Shown here: piece by piece, positions 36,880-50,949 of the stretch | How positions within the stretch are numbered: the first letter of the stretch is position 1 | How the letters are laid out: each line of letters opens with the position of its first letter | NCBI RefSeq assembly: GCF_036321535.1 | Contig: NC_087437.1 | Location: 10,728,001 to 10,792,000 of the forward strand | Reading direction: 5' to 3' | DNA: 64,000 nucleotides | Source of the DNA: Camelus dromedarius | Lineage: Eukaryota | Translations under genes and position numbers: made by a program | Notes under the pieces: model-generated | What the model saw: the letters and a program-made list of their open reading frames with translations, nothing else | Databases searched by the model: none | What the model was told of the DNA's origin: nothing

Positions 36880-39185
36880 TTGGCTCACTGTGGTTTTGTT
36901 TTGCATTTTACTACATCATTTTTAAATAAGAGAAATCAAGCCCTAAAAGTTTCATTGAACTCTCCTTCACCTGCCATCTTCATATTTATTTTCTCCCCAT
37001 CACCCTCTCCAGCTCTGCCTTGTTCCTGGCACAGCTGCCATCATGAATTTAGGTCTGTTTTTCCAGTTCATGTCTTAAAAGACATTGATACATATATCCA
37101 TAAATGATATAAAATAGGGTTTGATCTTTCTAGTGGATACAGTAGGGTCACACTGTACATATGCTGCAACTTGCTGTTCTCGCTTAGCACTTTGATACAC
37201 TTTTGGGCATACTTTATCTTAATATGAAAATTTGATACATGTATGAGAAGATCTCTAACATATAAGTAAGTTATGAAACTTAATAGTAAAACAGGTGACT
37301 CCTGGACCCGCCCTGCATCCCGAGAAGTAGAGCCTCACTGGAAGCATGGATGTTCCTGTGTTCTACTTCTCCACCCTCTGATGCTACCCAGGAAAATACT
37401 CTTTTGAACTTTTTGTATATATCCCTCAACAGTTTATTTTCTTGTTTATTTTTAAACTTTGTAGAAATAGTGTCATACCATAATACATTCCTTTTAGACC
37501 TGGTTTTTCATTTAAGATTTTTAAGATTTTTTAGTTTAATTGATCAATGTTAGTCTATATCTTTTCACTGCTGTGTAGTACTCCTTTGGGTGAATTCATC
37601 CATTTTTCTGTTGATGGACATTTGTGTTGTTTCCAGTTTTGCTGTTAGAAATAGTCCTTCCATGAACACTCTTATACATGTCTTCTGGTACACATTTAAA
37701 ATTTCTTCTGTGGTCTGTACCTAGGAATGCAGTTCCCATGTTGTAATATAGGAGAATATATAGTCACCTTAACTAGGGAAGTCCACATTCTCATCAGCGT
37801 GATTGACACACTCATCAGCAAGGATAGGCGTTCTTGTTTTTCCACGTTGTCATCAGTGCTTGGTTTTTGGCAGGCCTTTATTTTTGCCTGTATATTTTAT
37901 AGAATAATATTAAATTGTAATCTCAAGTTTTATTTCCCTGATTTAATGAGACTGAGCATTTTTCATATAATTATTGCCCTTCATGTTTCCTCTTTCTGGA
38001 AATGCTTATTTGTGTTTTTTCTAATGGATTATTAGTCTTTTTTGTATTGATTTATAGAAATTTGTATATTCCAGACTGAAATTTTGTCAATTTTATAGGA
38101 TCCAAGTATCTTTTCTCAGTTTATGGCTTGCCTTGTCACTCTCTTTAGTCAGACTCTAAAACTTTTGACTTTTGAGTTTAGGTGCTTAATCCATCTACAA
38201 CAAGTTTATATATTTATGGAGGTAGAAATTCAATGACTCTACTGTCCAAATAGAAAACTATTTTCTTAGCCCCACGTGTTCTGACATATATCAGATTTTC
38301 ATATGTGTAGCAGAGTTTGAGGATCTTCTTTGAGCTCCCAAATAGATTTTGGAATCAACTTGTCAAGTTTCAATTTTTTAAAAAATTGTTGGGTTTATTG
38401 GAATTGCATTGTATCAGTTTGGGGAAAAATGACATCCCCAGGATATTGGCTCTCCCTAACTATAAACTTGGTGTCTTCATTTATTTAACTTTCTTGAGTA
38501 TATTTCAATATATCTTATAATTTTCTCCATAAAAATCTTATATACTTTTCATGAAATGTATTCATAGGTTCCTTAATATTTTTAATATTATTGTAAAAGG
38601 TATTTTAAAATACATTTTCTAATTTTGTTGGTGTACTGAAATGAAGTTGATTTTTGCCTATTAATCTTATATCCAGCTGCTTTACTAAACTTTTTTTTAA
38701 AATTTTTTGAGGGGGTAGGTAATTAGGTTTATATATTTATTTCAGTGGCAGTACTGAGGATTAAACCCAGGACCTCTTGCAAGCTAAGCACACACTCTAC
38801 CCCTGAGCTATACCTCTCCCCACTAAACTTTTATTAAATTTGATACATTCCATATAGATTTGGGGAGTTTTTCTGTGTACATAAATGCTGCAGATGCTAA
38901 CAGTTTTATTTCTTCCATCCCAGTCCATAAACCTTTTGTTTTTGCCTTGTGTGTTTCATACCTTGATGAATATAACCTCTGGTACAGTAAAGAAGAAGTT
39001 TCCTACTATTCTAATTTTGCCGGTTTTCATCATGAATGGCTGTTATTAAAACCTGTTGAGTGCTTTTTCTGCACCTAATGAGATTATCAGTTTTTCTACT
39101 TTAATGTATCAGGTAAATTACATTAATAACTTTCTATTATTAAACTATCCTTGCATTCCCAGAATATCACAACTTGTTTAAAATG
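36880..39185 (-). mobile_element. Highly decayed ancient L1 (L1M-type) fragments
   Basis: T-rich, with decayed L1 motifs (gttgatggacatttgtgttgtttccagttt, ttggaattgcattgtatcagtttgggg, gttttcatcatgaatgg). Confidence 0.7.
38691..38821 (-). mobile_element. Vic-1-like SINE inserted in an old L1
   Basis: tRNA-like head and cctaatt tail. TSD actaaactttt at 38684-38694 and 38822-38832. Confidence 0.85.
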
Positions 39186-39189
39186 CATG

Positions 39190-40120
39190 CTTTTTTTTGT
39201 TTTCTAATTTTTTTAATCTGTCACCATACAAAAATACTACATAATTATTGATTGTATTCCCACACTGTACATTTCATACCGTGACTCATTTATTTTGTAA
39301 CTGGAAGTTTGTACCTTTTCATCTCTCTCACTGTTTCTCCCTTCCCCTCATCCCTCTCCCCTCTGACAACCACCTGTTTGTTCTCTGTATCTATAACTGT
39401 GTTTTTGTTTAGGTGAATTTGTTCATTTGTTTTGTCTTTTAGATTCTACATATAAGTGAAATCATATGGTATTTGTCTTTCTCTGTCTAACTTATTTCAC
39501 TTGGCATAAAACCCACAAGGTCCATTCATTTTATCCCAAATTGCAAGATTTCATTCTTTTTTATGGCTCAATGATATTCCTGTGTGTGTGTGTGTGTGTG
39601 TGTGCCACATCTTCTTTATCCATTCATCTATTGAGCACTTAGGTTGCTTTCATATTTTGGTTATTGTAACTAATGCTGCAGTGAACCATGGGGTTGCATA
39701 TCTTTTCAAATTAGTGTTTACATTTTCTTCAGATAAATACCCAGAAGTGGAATTACTGGATCATATAGTAGTTCTATTTTTAGTTTTTTTAGGAGTCTCC
39801 ATACTGTTTTCAATAGTAGATGTACCAATTCACAGTACCACCAACAGTGCACAAAGGTTCCCTTTTTTTTCACGTTCTCACCAACACTTGTTACTTGTCT
39901 TTTTGATGATAGCCATTCAGACAGGTGTGAGGTGGTAACTCGTTGTGGTTTTGATTTGCATTTCATCATTAATGATGTTGAATATCTTTTCATGTGCCTG
40001 TTAACCATCTGTATATCTTCTTTGGAAAAATGCCTATTCAGGTCCTCTGCCAATTTTTTAACAGGTTATATGTTTTTATTGATGTTGAGTTGTATGAATT
40101 CTTGAATTTTTTGTAGATAT
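39190..40120 (-). mobile_element. L1 (L1MA-like) ORF2 end and 3'UTR with an internal (TG)n
   Basis: Minus-strand ORF 39718-40053 ([22 protein letters not shown]) is L1 ORF2-like. Confidence 0.9.
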
Positions 40121-41148
40121 GTAATGAATTTTTGGTAGATATGAACCAATGTCAAATGAAGAAAGAACAAATCTCTGTTGGCAGTAGAATCTTCCCAAGC
40201 ACTTTAATGAGATTGCCCACTTTGCTACGGGATGTGAGGGGAATTTCTGGCTGTTCAGTGTAGGATTAGCTTGATGTGCCAAGAAGAATATAGGAGAGCT
40301 AAATTACAATCTCACTTTGCCTCCTATGAATGTGAGAGAATTAACACAGTTCAGTTGACTTGTGTGGACCTTATTTTCCTCCATGAGTTTCTCTGCAGCT
40401 GGGGGACATATATTTGCTGCTGGTAGCCTTGTGGTTTCTCTTGATTTGCTATTAATCCATCATCATCATCATCCAACAAACATGTCCTTTGAGGCACTAA
40501 GGACAAGGCAAAATCTATTCCTCAAAGAACTTCAGTTCTAGGGAGGGGTGGAAAAAGTAAACAATTACAAAACCAGGTATAAAACAAAATGATGCACATT
40601 ATCTTCTACAGTCACACTGGGTGTGATGTTTGGAGGGTGGGGGCATTGGCAGGTAATCTTTGGGTGGAGAGAGAAAAAGAAGGTTCAGATGGAATTTGAT
40701 ACTTGAGCTGAATCTTGTAAATGATAAGAATTTACTGATTCCCATGAACCTCATTTCTGTTCTTAGTTACCAAAAGGATTTTTTTCCCTCTAGTGTTCCT
40801 TCTGACTTTGAAAATTTATCTCTCTGACCCTATGACTATATCACCCTTTTCAGGACTTCAGAAATAATTTTATGCTTTATTAAATATGTGTGCTCCTACC
40901 TCTGCTCTATGGTCCTTGGAATCTTTTGTTTCATGGGTTTAGGGTCATAAACGGCAAAATGGAATCTTCTTGGTTCTGTTTTATTCAATTATAACAACAT
41001 GTTTCATTCAGAGAATACTGATCATTTCAACAAGTGAATCATCATATGGAATTAACCTACTAACTTGGGTGTGTATTTATGGAATTGCTCAATTTATTGT
41101 TACCATAAATAGATTTTTTTTTAATTCCAAGCTTTATATACTCTCTAA

Positions 41149-41571
<423 letters not shown>

Positions 41572-41810
41572 TGACAGGAGAGAGCATTTTATGAGTGGAA
41601 GTAGGATAGGGAGGTTGGGCCAGTGCTGGACCCAGAGCCAAGAGAGCCAGACCTCACCCAGGGGCGAGGGAGCCCCCCCCCCCCGAGGTCAGGCTTAGGG
41701 CACCAGCTGTGAGCTTTGGTGTCTCCATGATTCACCTGCTCACATGAGATACACACACACTGGAATGGAAAGTGTGACCCACAGAGACTTGAAACCTTGA
41801 AACTGTGTCA

Positions 41811-42204
41811 GTGGATGGACCTAGAGAGTCTCATACTAGGTGAAGTCAGTCAAATACCATATGATGTCACTTATACGTGGTATCTAAAAGAATGATACAA
41901 GTGAATTTAATTTACAAAACAGAAACAGACTCACAGACATAGAAAACAAACTTAAGGTTACCTAGGGGAAAGGGAGGGGAGGGATAAATTAGGAGTTTGG
42001 GAGTTAGCAGATACACACTACTATGCATGCAATAGATAAATAACAGGGACCTACTATATAGCACAGGGAACTGTATTCAATATCTTGTAATAGCCTATAA
42101 GGGAAAAGAATCTGATAAAGAATATATATGTATAAGTGAATCACTTTACTGTACACTTGAAACAAGCACAGCATTGTAAATAAACTGTACTTCATTTGAA
42201 GGAA
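41811..42204 (+). mobile_element. L1 3' end
   Basis: tggatggacctagag...gggaactgtattcaatatcttg. Degenerate TSD aaactgtgtca / aaatcatgtca. Confidence 0.9.
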
Positions 42205-42321
42205 AAATCATGTCAAGAAAACTCAGTAAAGAATTGGTAATAGTCCATTAATAAGAATGATGGGTTAATGAAAAGTCATACATAAATGACTGAAGAAAGT
42301 ATAAGAATACAGTGTAATCAG

Positions 42322-42374
42322 AACATGGTCATATTTTTACTTATTTAAAACATGGTCGGATTTTACTTATTTAA
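42322..42374 (+). repeat. Tandem duplication of about 27 bp (aacatggtc...ttttacttatttaa x2)
   Basis: Directly visible. Confidence 0.85.
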
Positions 42375-42734
42375 TACTTTAAGAATTCTTCACGTTACTT
42401 TCTACTGCCTGTAACTCAGTCATCTGACAAGTTTAAATTCTTTCTCCACTTTGGAAATGAAAAGAGGACCTGGATTCTGTTGGCCACCATACAAAATTCT
42501 CATTTGACCTGGCTTAATTTCTCAAGCCAGGAAAGTAAAACCTATTTGAGGTGTGGGTAGGAGTAAATGATTTAAAAAGCAAGACTCAGACTAGACCTTC
42601 ACCTTGACTTCCTCTGATTCTCCTCTCTCGCTCCCATGTTCCCTCTTTTATTTCTCTCTCTATTCCTTTTTTCTTCCTTTCCATTCATGCTTGGTTATTG
42701 CTTTGCTATCAAAGCAAAAAGTAATAACTTTTTG

Positions 42735-42865
42735 GTATAATTTTACCAAATAGGAAACCGGTGCACAGAGAAATGAAGTAACTTGCTCAGGATAATGAGG
42801 GAAGCAAATCATGGTGTCAGGATTGAACCCAGGAAGTCTGGGTCGAAAGCCCGTGTTCCTTACTA
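42735..42865 (-). mobile_element. MIR SINE
   Basis: aggaaaccggtgcacagagaaatgaagtaacttgctcagg...gattgaacccagg. Confidence 0.75.
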
Positions 42866-43289
42866 CGTTGCATAGTACAGTTTGTCCAAGCTGTTGGAGC
42901 TGGTGGCACTGTGACCTCCCAGAGCAGCATTTGGTCAGTTTACAGTGATGAAGCCATAGTATAACTAATCCTTATTTTCACCTTTTCCTGGGTGGAAACC
43001 TCATGTCTTTGCCTTCAGCCCATAAATCATCTGCATACCTGTTGCACTGCTGGTGAGGACCTTTCTCAGCAGTCCTTTCAGTAAAGGAAAAACAGATGGG
43101 GCAGAGGAGGGAAATCTCTGATCAGGCAGTTGTGCTGCTTGTAAGTCTGGTGTAGTCTATTCTGTGAAACATACATCTCAGAAAATGTGTAGGCTTACCC
43201 AAGTTCCGCATGACAGAAATGTGTAGATTAGACAAAGGTAAAGAGCTTGACAATAAAAGGTAAATAAAAGTAAGTAAAACTAATAGGTA

Positions 43290-45015
43290 GGTAAAATAAT
43301 TCCATCTCCAAAAAGGATGGGCCAGAACTCATAAGATGGAATTTCAGTGGCTAAGTGTACAGTATTTCACTGAAAAAAATCAGAAAGAAATCATGATACA
43401 GCTAGGAAAGAGAGACTTGCTCTGTTTTTTATGTAAATAGAATTTGTGGGCTTTTGACTGAGTAAAATCCTGTGGGAACTTGAGGTTCTTGAAGCCTTGA
43501 GGTGATATTCTTAGGAATACAATCTCTGGAAGTCTGAACCAGTTCCACAATATCTGGATTGCTTCACTTACTTTTTTGAGCTTGTCATTTTAAGAAGGAT
43601 ACACAAACTACAATGAAATATCACCTCACACCAGTCAGAATGACCATCATTAAAAAGTCTACAAATAATAAATGCTGGAGAGGCTGTGGAGAAAAGGGAA
43701 CCCTCTTACACTGTTGGTGGGAATGCAGTTTGGTGCAGCCATTGTAGAAAACAGTACGGAGATTCCTCAAAAGACTAGGAATAGACTTACCATATGACTC
43801 AGGAATCTCACTTCTGGGCGAACCCTACTTCAAAATGACACCTGCACCCCAATGTTCATAGCAGCACTATTTACAATAGCCAAGACATGGAAGCAGCCTA
43901 AGTGTCCATCGACAGATGAGTGGATCAAGAAGATGTGGTATGCACGCACACACACACACACGCGTGCACAGACACACATACACACACAGAAGTATTACTC
44001 AGCCATAAAAAAGAATGAAATAATGCCATTTGCAGCAACATGGTTGGACCTAGAGATTATCATATTGAGTGAAGTAAGTCAGAAAGAGAAAGGCAAATGC
44101 TTTATGATGTCACTAATATGTGGAATCTAAAAACGAGTGATACAAATGAACTTATTTATAACTGAAAATAGACTCACAGACATAGAAAAGAAACTATAAT
44201 TTTCTTTCCAAAGGGGAAAGGAGTAGGAGGGAGAGGTAAATTAGGAGTTTAGTTTTAACATATACACACTACTAAACATAAAATAGATAAACAACAAGGT
44301 CCTACTGTATAGCACAGGGAACTATATTCAATATCTTATAATAACCTATAATGGAAAAGAATCTGAATAAGAATATTTATGTATAACTGAATCGCTTTGC
44401 TGTACACACTTGAAACTAACATAACATTGTAAATCAACTACACTTCAACAAAAATAAAAAATGTTTAACAAGTGAAGGGAATAAAGAAAAAAAAAGAAGA
44501 GCAAACAAGAATAAGCTGAGAGGGCAGAGTTATTAGCATTGTTGATTTTCTTCACTGGGTCCAGCACTGTCTAGGGTATCCACCATGCCCCCCCGTTTCT
44601 TTTCCAAAACACCCTCGTAAGGCTGGGATGTTCCGTTTCACAGATGAGGAAACTTAGATGAGGCTTACAGAGGTTTTCTAATAATATACAACCAGGAATC
44701 TCCTGAACTCGGACTCCAGGGACCAAGTACTTTCCACTGAATTGTACATAGTTACCCTGGAGATGTTTACTAGGAAAAATAGGACGTAGGAGGAATGTGA
44801 TATCTGTCCTCTGATGTTTCAGAAGCGCTGGTGTGGTTTGGGATTAGACTTGATCCTGGTTGGCTGGATGGGACAGAAATAGAAGCAGGAGGGTGTCAGT
44901 TACAGGGAAGCAGATTTCAATTCTCTGTGAGGAAAATCTGCCCCAGGGCTGGACAGTCTGCTTTTGAATAGCTCAACTTCTGAGACTGGGCTTCCCTTTA
45001 CTGGGAGTGTTCCAG
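43290..45015 (+). mobile_element. Ancient CR1/L3 LINE remnant, interrupted by an L1 (43604-44495) and a MIR (about 44540-44740)
   Basis: L3-like motifs: ataagatggaatttcag, cattttaagaaggat, gttacagggaagcagatttcaattc, tgggagtgttc. Confidence 0.55.
43604..44495 (+). mobile_element. L1 (ORF2 end and 3'UTR)
   Basis: ORF 43852-44130 ([20 protein letters not shown]) is the L1 ORF2 C-terminus; A-rich tail at 44450-44497. Confidence 0.93.
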
Positions 45016-46166
45016 AAAAAAAAGCTGAATTCATACCTGTCAAGAACATTAACAGAAAAAAATCAAATCCCTTCAGTGAATAAATTTGATAAAACGATCT
45101 CTTAGGACAAAGAATAATCAAACTTCAGTAATCAAATTCCAATTTAATTGCACACTTAATTCGAAACCTGTGGGAAGTTTTCAAAGCAAATTATCACCAC
45201 CTAATTTATCAGTTCTAGAAATCGGGTTTTGTAGACAGATGTGATACTCTGAAGGGGGAAAGTATGCAAGTGTCTTGAAAGCTGTTAACTAAAACAAAGA
45301 CTTAATAATTTTGAAGTACCACACCCATCCTTTCTAGTCTCCTGTTACTCTAAAGAGTCCATATTTGGGGTTAAGTCTTGTTTTTCTTTCTCTGTTGCCT
45401 TCATCCTTTGCTCTTTTTCCAGCAACCTTAGCCAAAAGTTTTGATCCATGCAACATTTTCTAGTGTTGGAAATGAAAAATGAACCAAGGTAGCCGTAGGT
45501 GTCAGAGAGAATTGTTGGTGAGAGCAGAGGCTCACAAATAAATCTTATTGGCTAACTAATTTTTATCAAATGTCTGCCATAAAATTAGTCTATAGCATGA
45601 CTAAGTCTGCAAGATGCCTTTTCCCAAACTCTCATACATAGAATCCTGAGAACTTTTAAATACTGTAGCTCTCAAATATGTCACTTAAAGGTCAGCGGAG
45701 CGACTTGGGTGCCTCTTCTCACTCAGGAGCTTTTAGGGAGTAGGACTCCATCAGTTTGAACATCCCACACTCCAGTCCCTGATTTTTCGTGCCCCTAGGT
45801 GAGCTACTCCTATAATTTCTTCCAGAACTCACCTAAATTCTCATAAGGCAAGCACACCAAGATTTTAATGATGTGAGTAATATTCATTAAACTTAGTATA
45901 GTAGTTTTAAATCAGTCAAGTACTGCTTGTACTTTCAAATGCTGTATCTCAGTACAACTTTTAATACATTGATTTTCTTATATGATCAATATGTTTACTC
46001 TTCTTTTACTAAATCTACAGGAGTTTTGTTTGTATGACACTGGTAGTCGTATCCAATGCCAAATTCTTAGTTGAATACTTCACCACCAATGATAATATTA
46101 TTTCTCTGAGAAGATAATCTGTTTAGTGAAGGAAAAGCATAATAATCACTGGTATGTTCCACAGGG

Positions 46167-46469
46167 TTTTTTTTTTAATTTTATTATCCATTTTTTCCCT
46201 TCCAGTGTTATTGAGATGTAATTAGCATAAAACACTGTGTGAGTTCAAGATAATACGGCATAACAATTTGACTTGCATGCATCGTGAGATGATTCCCACA
46301 ACAAGTTTAGTAAACATCCATCATCTTATACAGATGCAAAAAAAATTTTTTTTTCCCTGTGTTGGGAACTCTTTAGGATTTACTCTCTTAACAACTTTCA
46401 TGTCTAACACGCAGCAGTGTTAATTATATCTATCATGTTGTACATTACATCCCTTGTACTCACTTACCT
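46167..46469 (-). mobile_element. Old L1 3' end (L1MA9-like)
   Basis: cacaacaagtttagtaaacatccatcatc...ctttaggatttactctctta. Degenerate TSD ttccacagggtttt / ttccaaagtttt. Confidence 0.75.
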
Positions 46470-47789
46470 TCCAAAGTTTTTTAACACTATTTCTTTTTCA
46501 GTATAGACATACATTTTAATGTTATAATTCAGATATCCATGTGTGAAGCAGAAATTGTTTTACATCTTATTAGGGGTTATATTTTCATATTCATATTATA
46601 GATAATTACTCCTGTGCTCCAGAGCTGCACTTTTTTTTAACCTAAAGTATAGGTGTTTAATTCAGAAACAAAATAATGGAATATGTTTTATTCCTATATT
46701 ATTTTTTTCTGCTAAAAACACTTTGAAAAGATTGTGACGCACTGTGTCTGGTGTTTCATGTCTCAGAGATTCTGACAACATCTGCCCTAACTAAGGAGTC
46801 ATGTTAGGGAACAGGTGAGGTCTTTTGTTTCCACAGGAGAAAGACATAGACGTAGCCTGTTCATAATTTGGCTTTTTCTGTCTCCTTGTGGATCTGGGTA
46901 TTTTATTAAAAAAAAAAAAGTGGGCCTTCTACTCAGATCTCAGAGTAGATGGGTGGGAGCATTAAGTGTGCTTGTTTGTTTTTATTATCTCGGTCCACCC
47001 CTGCCCCAGCCAGAGGTGCTGTCTCGATGCTCAGATCTGTTACTGGAAAGCCTTCTTACCTTGGTAATGGCAAGCCAGTTTCTGCCAGGAGATATTTTCC
47101 AAAAAGGAATGATAAAATTTGTGCCTACAATGTTTAAAAAAATAAACAGGAAAACATCAGGCAGACACATTCAGGTGAGAAAAAAAAACAACTCTTTAAT
47201 ATTAATTATATCTAAAGGCTCTTTAATATAGCTTGTTCTTCCATTACAAATTGCACCAAATACATGTTAAAAGAAATCTTAACTTAGAAATCATTTCAGA
47301 TGTGTTCTGTTTTATGGTTTGGTTTTGTGTTTTATGAAATTAACTATGGTTTGCTTACCAATGAAAAGTCAGCTAATAGGAGAGGTCTTAACTGCTTTCA
47401 GACAATGAAATAGATAATTTAGGCCCATCACATTTTCAAAAATTGTATTTGATTATCCTCATTATATTTAACCTTAAATTGATTGGTCAAGGCTAATTGT
47501 GAATAGAGCAGCTAACTAGTTCCACAAAAACAATGATACCCAGCATTTGAAAGCCAGAGAGAGATCATCACGGAGTTCCATAATTTTATTCAAGCTGGGT
47601 TATTATTAAATAGTTGTTTTGACTGCAAAGAGGAAAGTTGACGGTGTCTCCCAGTATTTCAGAGAGAGCTGTGGCTTACACGTGTGAACCCACTGCCCGC
47701 TCGTTTGCTCTGCCCTTGGAGAGAGAACACACGGTTGTCATGGAGTGACATGAATTAACTTGTTTTTAACCTGAGTTCATACAGTCATA

Positions 47790-48770
47790 TAGACTCTGGC
47801 TGGAAATCCAGTGCTTTCACACCTACTACGTTGCCTGTTTGACATCTCCAGTCGAACATCCAACAGTCAGGCCCAAAACCAAACCATTGATGACACACCC
47901 ACCAGCCTTCTGTCAATCCAGGTCCACAAGTCCTCCCCACCTCAGTGAATGGGAACTCCATTTTTCTAGTTGCTAAAGCTAAAAATCTTGCAGTCACCCT
48001 TGACTCTTCTCACAGCCACCCAGATCCAGTCTCACTGGCTCAAAATAGATCTTCAGAATAAACCCAGACTCTGAGCATTACTGAGGAACACTCCTTCTGT
48101 AACACTCTGGCCCCACCCACCATCTACTGCTCCCCTCCCCCAGATTATTAAGGAAGCCTCTTATCTGATCACCCTGCTTCTGCCTTACCCCCTGCAGTGT
48201 AGACCTGTACATCGGGTGACCCTTTTATCATGTAAGTCACATCGTGTGGATTCTTTGCATAAAACCTTTCCGTGATTTTCAACTCACTAAGTAAAAGCAC
48301 ACAAATCCTCAGAGACTCACCCTATTCCCAACATTCTTTTAGAAATCGCCAGCTATCACTCTTGACTCAGATGCTCTAAGCAGCTCCTTACATGGAGACT
48401 TTCCATTGGCTCTTCCTTCTGCCTGCATTGTCTTCCCCTAGAAATTTGCATGGCCCGCTCCATTTCTCCCTCAAGTGTCTGCTCAGATGTCACCTTTTCA
48501 GGGAAGATCTTGAGGAACAACACCTGACCTTGTGCTCCTGAGCTCCCCACACCACCACCACCACACTTGCTTTTTCTCCCCAACACTTCTCCCTCCTGGT
48601 GTCATGCATCTTTTTGTTTATAACTTTGTTACATTTCCCTTCTTCTGGTTATTAACATATAAGCTCCATGAGGCCCAGGGACTTGTCTGTTTTTGTGTCA
48701 CTTCTGTATTCCCAGCACCTAGAACAGTGCCTGGCGATTCAGTTAAGAATACAGTAAAAATTTGTTGAAT
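47790..48770 (+). mobile_element. L2 LINE 3' region
   Basis: ccacctcagtgaatgggaactccat...gtcacccttgactc; aagctccatgagg...cccagcacctagaacagtgcctggc...tttgttgaat. Confidence 0.8.
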
Positions 48771-48774
48771 TAGC

Positions 48775-48855
48775 GGGGAGGGTGTAGCTCAGTGGTAGAG
48801 TGCATGCCTAGCAAGCACGAGGTCCAGGGTTCAATCCCCTGTACCTCCATTAAAG
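48775..48855 (+). mobile_element. Short (tRNA part only) Vic-1-like SINE or tRNA-Ala retrocopy
   Basis: ggggagggtgtagctcagtggtagag...ggttcaatcccctgtacctcca, lacking the cctaatt tail. TSD aaaatt(t)tgttgaatta at 48757-48772 and 48856-48872; sits in the 3' end of an L2. Confidence 0.85.
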
Positions 48856-49434
48856 AAAATTTTGTTGAATTAATTTCATCCATACAACTTTGCCCGGGAG
48901 ACAGTATTTATTCCCTCCCTTCCCCCACCCCCACTTCATAGATCAGAAAACAGAGGGCCGGGGAGGTTGAAGTGGCATGCAGGTCACATAGGAAGTAGGT
49001 GGCACTGGAATTCAAACCCAGTCCTGAACCAAACCTTTCATCTCCCAGTTGTAGAGAAAATTAAATTGCTTGAATCTCTGGAAGAAGGAACATTTGTTCT
49101 TAGATTTTACACTCTAGTATAGATGAATTCTATTATGTAATAAGTTCTCTGAACCAGTTTTTTGGGGAGGCCCTTCATATATAGAGATGAATAAGAGACA
49201 CACTGAGAAGCAGGGAGACGAGGAAGGAGAGCAGCAGTTAGGGGCCGATCCAGTGGTCTAGGCTAGAAAAGGATGAGGCCTGTGCTTTGGGAATGAAGAC
49301 AAGGGGAACAATATGTGAATTCTTTTTTTCATTCCTTTATTGACTAAATACGTGTGTTCCACACGCCAGCCCAGGTACCAAACATGCAGAGGTGGCCCTT
49401 ACTGCACAGAGTTTACATTTGAGGTAGGACAGAA

Positions 49435-49662
49435 CAGGATTTCCCAGCTTCAGCACGACTGATGTTTTGGACAAGCACCTCCTTTGTTGTGGGGGCCTTC
49501 CTTTGCATTGCAGCATGCATGGCAGCGTCCCTGGCCTCTACACACTAGATGCCAGCAGCGTCCTGTCCGCCCCCCCAATTTGTGCCAAACAAAATTATTT
49601 CCAGAGATTGCCACATGTCCCCTGGAGGCCCCCGGGGGACCACCTGTGGTTGAGAAGCACTG
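49435..49662 (-). mobile_element. MER20 hAT-Charlie MITE
   Basis: ccctggcctctacacactagatgccagcagc...ggttgagaagcactg is the reverse complement of the recalled MER20 consensus. Confidence 0.85.
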
Positions 49663-50949
49663 TTCTACCAGTGGCATCCGTAGCCACTGGTGACTCGTTG
49701 AGACATCAGTGAGGATCTCTGGTTTCTCATCTGAATGACTAGGTGAGGACGTGTTTCCTACGAGGAAACCGTAGGACATCTGCGTGGGAAATATTTACCC
49801 GGCAGCCTTACAGATCTGCAATTCAAGTGAGTGATGAGCTAGGCATAGAGATTTGGGGATTAAAACCCGAGAATAAATGACCTCACCCCTAGAAATGTGC
49901 AGTTTTCAACCCCAGCTGAGTTTTTGGGGCTATAAATTTCCAGAATAGGATTCCCAAAGGGAAGACTTAATTGAAACGATTAACAGAACTCACCATTCCT
50001 CTTTCTCATTGTGTTCTCAGTGTCTGGGGATTGGGAAGCTATTTTCCACGTAGAGTGTGCAATAACGCCTCACAAAGATGTCATCTTCTCATTTGTTGGT
50101 AATAAATCATAAAAGCATGAAGAATTAAACCAGTCAAAGAAATTAATCTTCTCACAGGTACCTAAATAAGGACTAAAATAAATCAGAATAACTTCCTGTG
50201 GTCGCACTGTACCCCTGCAGGGGAGTGGACAAAGTGACCTTCTTCAGGTTCTCCTTGGACCTCTCATTTCAGTTTCCAATTCTGTTGACATTATGATGGT
50301 CATGGAGTGTTGGATACCAGACATCATGATGTATTTTGTACAACCTATACTGTACTTTTACTTTCATTATCCCACCTCACTCTCTTGCTTTGAGAGGCAG
50401 GTTTCTTTATCACAGGAAACAGATTAAGCAGTGTGATTACAATCACATAGCTATTAAGTGCCAGGGCCAGGATTCGAACTCCTGGCCTCCTGATTTCCAG
50501 TCTAGCAACCCCCTCTTTTCACACCTGAAGTAGCTGAGCTATGAACTTGCTAATAAACACACTGTAATTCAGTTCATTGACAACAGCCATACTTTACATC
50601 ACCCCTTGGCATTCTTTTCTGTAGTCAATGGAAAACATCCTTTTTGCCTTTGTTTTTGTGGAGAATTACATTAACTGAGGGGTTTTGTTTTGGCTTTTGC
50701 CAAATTATAAACCTGTATATGTAATGTATATTCATGTTTCCCCTATACTTGGCCACTAACTTATTTTAAAATCTATCCCTATAGGTTATATAAAATAGTA
50801 GTTTAGACAAAATAATAATACATAAAGCAATATGTTTTTTCAGATTATTTCCAGTTATTTTCTTCATTTCCACACTTTCTCTTCTCTTCCTCCCTTTCTT
50901 GCTTTTAAACATCACCTCTTCTCTAGCAGTTTGCTTTTAACCAGACCAT

